Source: an uncultured Candidatus Saccharibacteria bacterium (GTDB lineage: Bacteria; Patescibacteriota; Minisyncoccia; Phycocordibacterales; GWA1-40-21). From it: a stretch of DNA of 45,935 bases. Positions within the stretch are counted from its first letter, which is position 1. Each line of letters begins with the position of its first letter. The notes under the pieces are model-generated. The model was not told the DNA's origin and ran no database searches. It saw only the letters and a list, made by a program, of their open reading frames with translations. The stretch spans positions 1 through 45,935 of the forward strand of contig CAZAJY010000003.1 of assembly GCA_964485905.1 (NCBI GenBank). The letters run 5' to 3'. The translations under genes and the position numbers were made by a program. Below, one piece after another: positions 38,387-45,781 of the stretch.

Positions 38387-40657
38387 CTACTTAGCCACCT
38401 GAACAGCTTCTTCAAATTGAATAGATAAAAGTTTAGATACGCCATCAGATCCCATAGTCACCCCATAAATCACTCCGGCGCGGGACATTGTCTCTCTATT
38501 ATGAGTTACTAAAATTAATTGTGAAAATTTAGATAAGTCTTCAATCATATCGCCATACTTTCTGGAATTTGCCTCGTCTAAAGCAGCATCAGTTTCATCC
38601 AAAATAACAAATGGTGGTGGATTGACTTGCGACATAGCAAAAAGTAAAGCAATAGATGTGAGCGCTCTTTCACCACCTGATAACATCATTAAACCTTTGA
38701 TTTTTTTCTTTGGTAAATTTACTTCAATATCTATGCCCTCCGAAATTTCCTCAGAAATTTCGTCTCGAGCGAAGTCGAGAGATTCATCTTCACTACCAGC
38801 TATTAATTCTGATAAATCTGTATCACTTTTCTTTTTCTTAATTTCCTGGACAACACTAAGCTTAGCTGTTCCTCCTCCAAACATCTTATTAAAAAATTCT
38901 TGGAATTGAGTGTTAATTTTTTCCACTCCAATCTTAAATTCGGTTGTTAATTTATCATTTAATTCTTTAATCAAGGTCTGCAAAGATTCTGATGAAATAT
39001 TCAGGTCATTTAATTCTTTTTCCAAGAAAGCATCCCTCTCACTAGCTTCTCTGTATTCTTTAAGAACATCGTCTGATGAACCAATACCAGCATCCTCAAT
39101 TCTAATTTTCATTTTCTCAATATTTTTTCTTCGTTCTTCTTGCTGATTACGTTCTTCTGGCAAAATTTCTAAAATAAGATCTTTATAACGGACTGCTTCA
39201 ACCCCCACCAAAACACCGGCTTCAGTTAATTCTTGCTTAAAATTATTTTCATCAGTGATTAATTTTTCTTCCTGATTCTGTAAAGAAGCCAATCTAGTAT
39301 TGATTTCATTTTGCTCCGCCATAATTCTAAAGACCGCTTTTTCTGCATCACGATTAGAATCTTTCTCTTTTTCTATTTCATCTTTAACACAGTTATATTT
39401 AGTAGTAAAATCTATTTCCTTCTTTTTTAAATTAGTTAATTCTACTTCAAATTCAGCTTTCTTTTTTCGCAAATCAACCATCTCTTTCTCTAGCTCTTTA
39501 GGTGAAGAATCTTCATTCAAAGTCCTATTTTTATCAATAAAATCACTTAAAATGGCCTTTATTTTGCCCAAAATGCCCTTTATTACTGAGATATCCTGAC
39601 TAGCCGTCCCTTCTACGATATGACCAGAAATGGTCTGCATTAGGCCTTCTACCGCTGTTAAATCTATTTTCTTAGATTCTGCTAAATTTGACGTTTGGAT
39701 TTGTTTTTTATATTGCCGATCTAAATAATTTATCTCCCCTTCTAATCGGCCAATTTCTCGCATTAAAGAATCTTTGGCAAGACGAGTTTCTCTAAGTTGA
39801 GTTTCCAAAGAAATTATTTCATCACTTTTTATATCCTTACTTTCAGATTTTTGTAAAATTTCTTTTGCCTTTTTTAATTCTTCATCCAAACGATGCCTCT
39901 CGGCTAATGGCCCAGATTTTTCTTTTGCTAAACTAGCTTTCTCAATTTTTAAATATTCATCTTCACGCTTAAAATATTCCAAATAAAAATTCTTGAGTTG
40001 CTCCCGCATTTCAATAGTCTTTTCAATTTTCTCTACTTGTTTTTTGAGAAATTTAATATGGGGAGCAATTTCTCGTCGTAAAGATTCTACCTGTTTAATA
40101 TTTTCTTCTGTTTTAATTAGTTTTCTTTGACTATCTTCTTTTTTATAATGATAGATTTTTAGACCCAAAGCATCCTCAATCATTTCGCGTCTTTCCTTAA
40201 TATTAGCATTCAAAATTTTATCAGCTTCACCCTGAGAAATAATATGGTGGCCAGACGCACCAATATGGGCTGAAGCCAAAAGTTCAATGATATCTTTTAA
40301 ACGTACAGCTGAACCATTAATAAAATATTCACTAACCGAATCACGATGAATTACTCGCTCCAAAGAAACTTCATCAAAATCAATATTAAAAATCCGGCGA
40401 CTATTATCAAAAAGAACTTTGGCTGAAGCCCGATTGGCTCGCTGTGCATCTTTACCACCATTGAAAATAAGATCCTCCACTCTCTTTCCGCGCAAAGACT
40501 TAATACTCTGCTCACCCAAAACAAAACGAAAAGCTTCGGCCACATTGCTCTTTCCAGAACCATTCGGTCCAACAATAGCCGAAATTGGTGTATTAAAATT
40601 CAACTGTGCTTTTTTCGCAAAGGACTTAAAACCGCATAATTCAATACTTTTCAACAT
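38387..40657 (-). CDS. smc: SMC ATPase, short form (756 aa) with no recognisable hinge
   Basis: GFKSFA, GPNGSGKSN, Q-loop ISQG, LSGGE, ILDETDAALD; downstream of rnc. Confidence 0.9.
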   Translation of the reverse strand: MLKSIELCGFKSFAKKAQLNFNTPISAIVGPNGSGKSNVAEAFRFVLGEQSIKSLRGKRVEDLIFNGGKDAQRANRASAKVLFDNSRRIFNIDFDEVSLERVIHRDSVSEYFINGSAVRLKDIIELLASAHIGASGHHIISQGEADKILNANIKERREMIEDALGLKIYHYKKEDSQRKLIKTEENIKQVESLRREIAPHIKFLKKQVEKIEKTIEMREQLKNFYLEYFKREDEYLKIEKASLAKEKSGPLAERHRLDEELKKAKEILQKSESKDIKSDEIISLETQLRETRLAKDSLMREIGRLEGEINYLDRQYKKQIQTSNLAESKKIDLTAVEGLMQTISGHIVEGTASQDISVIKGILGKIKAILSDFIDKNRTLNEDSSPKELEKEMVDLRKKKAEFEVELTNLKKKEIDFTTKYNCVKDEIEKEKDSNRDAEKAVFRIMAEQNEINTRLASLQNQEEKLITDENNFKQELTEAGVLVGVEAVRYKDLILEILPEERNQQEERRKNIEKMKIRIEDAGIGSSDDVLKEYREASERDAFLEKELNDLNISSESLQTLIKELNDKLTTEFKIGVEKINTQFQEFFNKMFGGGTAKLSVVQEIKKKKSDTDLSELIAGSEDESLDFARDEISEEISEGIDIEVNLPKKKIKGLMMLSGGERALTSIALLFAMSQVNPPPFVILDETDAALDEANSRKYGDMIEDLSKFSQLILVTHNRETMSRAGVIYGVTMGSDGVSKLLSIQFEEAVQVAK
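38763..38780. repeat. palindrome TCTCGA-CTTCGC-TCGAGA (minus strand), in frame in smc
   Basis: Encodes SLDFARDE inside an acidic loop of the C-terminal head. Confidence 0.6.
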
Positions 40658-40707
40658 CCCGCTATTTTAGCAGATTTAATTATAAAAATCCAAGACAAAA
40701 ATAGAAT

Positions 40708-41412
40708 TTACCACCCTTTGGTTTCCAATGCCTGTCGGGCAGCAGCTTGTTCCGCCTCCTGCTTACTCTGGCCTGTGCCTTCGGCGATTAAATCATCATT
40801 TAAATAGACCCCAACCGTAAAATGCTTATCATGATCCGGCCCCTCTTCTTTCAAACTTTTATAAAGCGGAGTCTGACTTTCTTTTTCCTGAGCTTTTTCT
40901 TGAAACTTACTCTTAGCATCAATCCAACTTTGCTCTTCGATAATCTTATCAATCAAATGAAAAAGATTATTGGAAATAAAATACTTGGCCGCGTCATAGC
41001 CTTGATCCAAATAAATCGCGCCGATAATGGCTTCCATGGTATTAGCTAAGATATATTGTCGCGCCTTGCCAGTATCTTTGGCTTCACCTTTGGATAATAG
41101 AAGAAAATCGTTGACATTTATTTTTTGCGCCACTTCTGATAAGGTAATCGCATTCACCAGAGATGCTCGATAGGCGGTCAAATCCCCTTCGGTGCTATCA
41201 GGATATTTTTCGAACAAATATTCGGTCACCATCAACTCCAATACCGCATCACCTAAAAATTCTAAGCGTTCATTATGCGAAGATTCCGAAGCTCGATTTT
41301 CATTCAAAAAAGAACGGTGAGTAAAAGCACGTCTAAGAAGCTCCTTATTCTTAAAGGTAATACCAGAAATTTCTTCGAACTTACTAAAATCTGGAATGGC
41401 TTTCTTATTCAT
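40708..41412 (-). CDS. rnc: ribonuclease III
   Basis: NERLEFLGDAVL, EAIIGAIYLDQG, dsRBD SKQEAEQAAA. Confidence 0.98.
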   Translation of the reverse strand: MNKKAIPDFSKFEEISGITFKNKELLRRAFTHRSFLNENRASESSHNERLEFLGDAVLELMVTEYLFEKYPDSTEGDLTAYRASLVNAITLSEVAQKINVNDFLLLSKGEAKDTGKARQYILANTMEAIIGAIYLDQGYDAAKYFISNNLFHLIDKIIEEQSWIDAKSKFQEKAQEKESQTPLYKSLKEEGPDHDKHFTVGVYLNDDLIAEGTGQSKQEAEQAAARQALETKGW

Positions 41413-41426
41413 AATAACTATATTAA

Positions 41427-42338
41427 CTATTTTTCTTCAGAAATCAAGCTCACAGCCTTAGTAATAAAAGGGAGGATATCACCATAAGTTTTCAAATCTT
41501 GAAGCTCGGTCAATTTAAACCAACGGACATCATCCAAACCACCATTATCTTTCTCTAAAATTAAATCTTTATATTCGGCCTTTGCTAAAAAATAAATTAC
41601 TTGCTTACGAATTTTCCCTTTTTCTGGATGATTTGCAACATATTCATTTCGTCCGATCTCATTTAAAACTTCTACATCTAAACCAATTTCTTCTTTTAAT
41701 TTTCTTTTGGTTCCATCTTTTTCATCTTCTCCATCTTCTAATCCTCCTTTTGACAAAGTCCAATAACCAAAGACATCATGGACTAGGGCCAAACAATAGT
41801 CCTCACCATTCTTGGCATAAACTACCGCTCCACCCAGTTTCTCTATTGGCATTTCTTCATAAGGAATATCTCTAATCATCGTCTTTTTCTTTTTTGATAC
41901 AGCATCCTTATCTGGCTCGCCTAATTCTTTATAAACCGAACCCAAAACTCCATTCACAAATTTACTACTTTTTTCACTACCATAATTCTTAGAAAGTTCA
42001 ATCGCCTCATTAATCGCTACTTTCGCTGGCACTTCTTTAGAATCAGCAAAAAGAAGCTCATAAAGTCCGAGCCGTAAAATATTTCTATCAATTGGAGAAA
42101 TTTTATCTAATGGCCAATCTGGAGCAGCTTTCTCAATAACTAAATCAATTTCACTTTTTTTATCTAAAATTCCTAATAATAAAGTGTGGACAAAAACTGT
42201 ATCTACAACGTCAGAAGCAAATTCAGACATATCTCGCTGAAGAATCTCTTCTAGTGAATCACAATTAGAATAATCTCGAAAATCTAGTTCGAAAAGAATT
42301 TGAAGAACTATTGATCTGGCGATATGTCTATTGGCCAT
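41427..42338 (-). CDS. nusB: NusB fused to C-terminal NUDIX domain
   Basis: IDRNILRL, VAINEAIEL, KFVNGVLG; then WTLSKGGLEDGEDEKDGTKRKLKEEIGL. Confidence 0.92.
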   Translation of the reverse strand: MANRHIARSIVLQILFELDFRDYSNCDSLEEILQRDMSEFASDVVDTVFVHTLLLGILDKKSEIDLVIEKAAPDWPLDKISPIDRNILRLGLYELLFADSKEVPAKVAINEAIELSKNYGSEKSSKFVNGVLGSVYKELGEPDKDAVSKKKKTMIRDIPYEEMPIEKLGGAVVYAKNGEDYCLALVHDVFGYWTLSKGGLEDGEDEKDGTKRKLKEEIGLDVEVLNEIGRNEYVANHPEKGKIRKQVIYFLAKAEYKDLILEKDNGGLDDVRWFKLTELQDLKTYGDILPFITKAVSLISEEK

Positions 42339-42397
42339 GGCAAATAACTTTTAATTAACTAAAAGGAAGTATATCATGAATCTACAGATGAACACAA

Positions 42398-42431
42398 CCT
42401 CACCCCGCCCTCTCCTTAACTAATGAGAGGG
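42398..42431. repeat. REP-like element CCTCACCCC-G-CCCTCTC...GAGAGGG
   Basis: GC-rich hairpin with CCTCACCCC prefix in an AT-rich spacer. Confidence 0.55.
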
Positions 42432-42439
42432 AGGAGAAA

Positions 42440-42532
42440 AAGCCCAGAGATATTTAAAATTTTTCGTCGCGTCGGAGCCCACCCGTACTCGGGAAGGGTG
42501 AAGCGCGAATAATTTGAAATATCTCTGGGCTT
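42440..42532 (-). other. 93-nt long stem-loop downstream of rpmF
   Basis: 16-bp perfect arms AAGCCCAGAGATATTT / AAATATCTCTGGGCTT with further inner pairing; followed by T-run on the minus strand. Confidence 0.75.
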
Positions 42533-42541
42533 AGATTAACA

Positions 42542-42769
42542 CTATTTAGTAGCCTCAGACTTAGTTTTAAGTTTCTTCTCTTTCTTTGCCGTTTTGGCCA
42601 ATACATCCAGCACCATTCGGCCATTATATTTACCACAATTAGCGCAAATCTTATGATTTGATTTCTTAGCTTTGCAATCAGGACAAATAGAAAGGCCTCT
42701 TGCCTTTAAAGCATGATGCGAACGAGTATCTCCTCGTTGAGCTCTATTATGTCGCATTCGGTTTACCAT
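42542..42769 (-). CDS. rpmF: 50S ribosomal protein L32
   Basis: RGDTRSHHAL..CPDC...HKICANCGKYNGR. Confidence 0.94.
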   Translation of the reverse strand: MVNRMRHNRAQRGDTRSHHALKARGLSICPDCKAKKSNHKICANCGKYNGRMVLDVLAKTAKKEKKLKTKSEATK

Positions 42770-42784
42770 GTCGGCTATCTTAAC

Positions 42785-43417
42785 TTATTTTGATTTATAA
42801 ATCAACCCCCTAAGAAAACTTTGACGATGTATGGAAGATAGACCATATTTTTTCAAGTCTTTATAGTGCGCTCGGGTACCGTAACCCTTATGCTTTTCTA
42901 AGCCATAATTAGGATATCGCTGGGCCAATTTCACCAAAACAGCATCCCTAGTCACCTTAGCCACAATGGACGCTAGGGCGATTGCCAACTCTTTTTCATC
43001 ACCTTTTATGATCGTCTTTTGATTTTTATATTCTTTTGGTGCCTTCAATCCCCCATCCAAAAGAACTCGACAACTTTTTTTATTTATTGGCAAAGCTTTT
43101 AAAGAATTGTCCAACGCCCGATTTATCGCAAAAACTATTCCTTTTTTATCTATAACTTTATTACTCTCAAAACAAACTTTATAAAAAATATTTCCTTTCT
43201 TTTTTTCTTCATTTATTTTCTCCAACCACTTCAGTCGCTGTAAATGTGAAAGTTTTTTAGAATCTTTAAAATTTCCAAAGTTCACGATAGCGAACTTGGT
43301 TTTTTGATTTAAATTTTTATTTTTACAAATAGCTAAAGCACACACCGCCACCGGTCCCGCGATCGGCCCCCGCCCTACTTCATCTATGCCAATTATGTAT
43401 TTGAATTTTTCCGCCAT
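42785..43417 (-). CDS. rnhB: ribonuclease HII
   Basis: GIDEVGRGPIAGPV, DSKKL, IIKGD, IALASIVAKVTRD, HKGYGT. Confidence 0.96.
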   Translation of the reverse strand: MAEKFKYIIGIDEVGRGPIAGPVAVCALAICKNKNLNQKTKFAIVNFGNFKDSKKLSHLQRLKWLEKINEEKKKGNIFYKVCFESNKVIDKKGIVFAINRALDNSLKALPINKKSCRVLLDGGLKAPKEYKNQKTIIKGDEKELAIALASIVAKVTRDAVLVKLAQRYPNYGLEKHKGYGTRAHYKDLKKYGLSSIHRQSFLRGLIYKSK

Positions 43418-44073
43418 TCGTCTATTTTTTTATGATTTCCAGAGAGAAGTATTTTTGGTACCTTATAATTTTTCCCTTTATATTTCAAAACTTCTGGTCG
43501 GGTATACATCTCCGAACTGGCAATTCTCTCTTCTTCTCTTGAATTAAAATTACCCAACACGCCCTCCACTTGCCTAGCTACACAATCAGCTATAATCATC
43601 GCTGGTAATTCTCCGCCGGTCAAAACAAAAGGTCCCACCGAAATTTCTTCGGCCTTAAAGATCTTCTTTACCCGACTATCAATCCCCTCATATCGCCCAC
43701 AAATAATAATAATATCCGTATATTTCTTCGCAACTGTCTTGGCATACTTAGTATCAAATTGCTTGCCATTTGGCGTCAACCAAATAATTTTACACTTTGC
43801 TTTTTTATTTTTACATTTAGTCAAAGCTCTCTCTATAGCTTTGATACATGGCTCCGCTTGCATAATCATCCCTGGCCCACCCCCATAAGGCTTGTCGTCC
43901 ACTCGCAAATACGGCTTCTCGTTTTTTTTCTGGGCTTTAGTAGGCTTAACATAATCACGGGGGTTATAAAAGTTAAACTTGACCTTTCCCTCTTTTCTCG
44001 CCCGCCCCAAAATCGACTCATTCAAATATGAATCAAACATCTCCGGAAATAAGGTAATGATGTGAAAAGTCAT
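43393..44073 (-). CDS. trmD: tRNA (guanine-N1) methyltransferase
   Basis: ITLFPEMF, VDDKPYGGGPGM, CGRYEGID, GGELPAM, YTRP. Confidence 0.98.
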   Translation of the reverse strand: MTFHIITLFPEMFDSYLNESILGRARKEGKVKFNFYNPRDYVKPTKAQKKNEKPYLRVDDKPYGGGPGMIMQAEPCIKAIERALTKCKNKKAKCKIIWLTPNGKQFDTKYAKTVAKKYTDIIIICGRYEGIDSRVKKIFKAEEISVGPFVLTGGELPAMIIADCVARQVEGVLGNFNSREEERIASSEMYTRPEVLKYKGKNYKVPKILLSGNHKKIDEWRKNSNT

Positions 44074-44092
44074 AAAATGAATATATCACAAA

Positions 44093-44965
44093 TCATTTAA
44101 ACTTTACAGTAATTTCCAAAGCATCATCAAATTGGGGCAGGCCGGAGGGATTATCTTTTTTCAAAATAAGAGAACCGGTCGTGCCATAATCGGGCTTGGT
44201 AAAATTCAAGGTGACAGTAAAGGGGATATAATCTGTTGTCATCCAATCCCCTTCGGCCTGAGCAATTCCTTGAGCGATAATTAAGCCGTCCCAATTTGTA
44301 AGAATCACTGGAAAGCTAGCTTCAAAAAACCAATTGCCACGAGCTTCCCCGGTCACCACGAGTGGACTCAGAATTTCAGTATCAGGCAACGGACTAAAAA
44401 TTCGTAGATTATCATTACTGACAACAATTGCCGGTCCATCCCCCACCGCTGGATTAAGTTGCCAAATTGAAAAATTAAGATAACCAGCAAAACTTACCCA
44501 CAAGATATAGGGTACCAACAACCAAGCCGCTGGACGAGAAATTTTAGAAAAAAGAAAAATAGTCAATAAAATAGCGACAGCTAGAAGGAGGAGTTCAAAA
44601 AAAGCTAAACCAAGATGATTAAGGCTACCGATTACCAAAGTTGGTGAACCAAAGAAAATAATTGACCAACAGGCATTCAATAATAATTGGATGAGAAAAA
44701 CAACCAAGGCAACTTTGATTCGACGCCGGCTAACGGAAGGATTAATGTCACTCAGTTTTAAATAAACTAGCCACACCGCTACACCCATCAAAACAAACAG
44801 TGTTGTCCAAACCGGACCGAATACCCAGGCGGGTGGATTAAGCGTGGGTTTCATCAGGGTCTCATACCAACCAGACTTAATCGCCGGCGTAGTAAAAAGC
44901 GCCCCGGCCACTCCAGCTAATTCGCAAACGACTACCGCTATAATTAATTTAAATAAATTTTTCAT
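44093..44965 (-). CDS. TspO/MBR membrane protein fused to an Ig-like (Gmad2-type) domain
   Basis: WY..L.KP..NPPAWVFGPVWT, LNACWS.IFF, LLVPYILWVSFA..LN; then SP....SPL.VTGEARG.WFFEASFP, DNPSGLP. Confidence 0.88.
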   Translation of the reverse strand: MKNLFKLIIAVVVCELAGVAGALFTTPAIKSGWYETLMKPTLNPPAWVFGPVWTTLFVLMGVAVWLVYLKLSDINPSVSRRRIKVALVVFLIQLLLNACWSIIFFGSPTLVIGSLNHLGLAFFELLLLAVAILLTIFLFSKISRPAAWLLVPYILWVSFAGYLNFSIWQLNPAVGDGPAIVVSNDNLRIFSPLPDTEILSPLVVTGEARGNWFFEASFPVILTNWDGLIIAQGIAQAEGDWMTTDYIPFTVTLNFTKPDYGTTGSLILKKDNPSGLPQFDDALEITVKFK

Positions 44966-44989
44966 TAATCAATTATAGCACAATTTTGT

Positions 44990-45066
44990 GCGGACTAGTG
45001 GACGACATCAGAACTGGATTTGAGAGGAGAAATGATGTGACGGTGTATATCCCAGCACTTTACCCC
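44990..45066. repeat. direct repeat copy 1 (77 bp)
   Basis: 75/77 identical to 45705-45781. Confidence 0.95.
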
Positions 45067-45102
45067 ACACCTTAACTCACATATTATCTTTTAATAATAA
45101 GA

Positions 45103-45139
45103 AAGGGCGCACAATCTCCCTAAGGAAACGTGCGCCCTT
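45103..45139 (-). terminator. terminator-like hairpin after the 45151-45456 gene
   Basis: AAGGGCGCAC / GTGCGCCCTT arms. Confidence 0.65.
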
Positions 45140-45150
45140 GTGTCATAAGT

Positions 45151-45456
45151 CTAAAACAGACCGCCACCATTAACTACGGCCCAGACAAACACTACCAGTG
45201 ACCAGCCACCGAAAACCAGAGATGACCGAGCTCCAATCTTAGCGAAGAGGTTGTTTCGGTGTTTGAGACCACTACCCCCAATCACAAATGGTATTGGTGA
45301 TGTGAGGATTCCACAGAAGGAATAGATGCACATCATTTTCCAAAACCAATTTGGACTGGACATATCGGTATATCCTTTGGCCATCAACAGGCCAAACTCT
45401 GAAAGACCCAACCAAGGAAGAAGTGTCCCAACTATCATCCACAGGATTGTTTTCAT
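45151..45456 (-). CDS. hypothetical 3-TM membrane protein
   Basis: Three hydrophobic segments; GGAGG 4 nt before the ATG; downstream hairpin. Confidence 0.7.
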   Translation of the reverse strand: MKTILWMIVGTLLPWLGLSEFGLLMAKGYTDMSSPNWFWKMMCIYSFCGILTSPIPFVIGGSGLKHRNNLFAKIGARSSLVFGGWSLVVFVWAVVNGGGLF

Positions 45457-45522
45457 ACTACCTCCATATGTGTTTAGACCTGTTCCATTTATTAAACTAC
45501 TCTTTTTTACAAAAAATGCAAA

Positions 45523-45708
45523 TGCGGGGGCGATGGACTCTCCCTCGCATAATTTTTTGCCGTCGCAAAAAATTTGCTGGGCACCGCCTCGCTCCCAGAT
45601 TTGCTAATCTGGGTCCCGCTCCGGCGTCAGTACCCAACGCAAGCAAAATCATTTGCTTGCTTCGCCCGCGCAACAGAAAAGCCCTTTTCAGGGCTTTTAC
45701 TGGCGCGG
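45523..45708. other. multi-hairpin structured element
   Basis: At least five stems: TGCGGGGG/CCCTCGCA, AATTTTTTGC/GCAAAAAATT, CCCAGATT/AATCTGGG, GCAAGCAAA/TTTGCTTGC, AAAAGCCCT/AGGGCTTTT. Confidence 0.75.
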
Positions 45709-45781
45709 ACTAGTGGACGACATCAGAACTGGATTTGAGAGGAGAAATGATGCGACGGTGTATATTCCAGCACTTTACCCC
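45705..45781. repeat. direct repeat copy 2 (77 bp)
   Basis: 75/77 identical to 44990-45066. Confidence 0.95.

Noticed and set aside
220-44031. Numerous short antisense or off-frame ORFs in the track (e.g. 6814-7008, 7135-7458, 29896-30261, 42454-42636)
   Set aside because: Shadows of confident housekeeping genes or of the 42440 hairpin.
45326-45713. + strand ORFs of 93 and 120 aa
   Set aside because: They overlap a better-supported minus-strand gene and run through the hairpin element; no protein motifs.
45523-45730. tRNA gene
   Set aside because: tRNA-like 3' ends are present, but no D arm, anticodon arm or cloverleaf could be built.
44990-45781. CRISPR array
   Set aside because: Only two repeats, 77 bp long and 715 bp apart; no cas operon.
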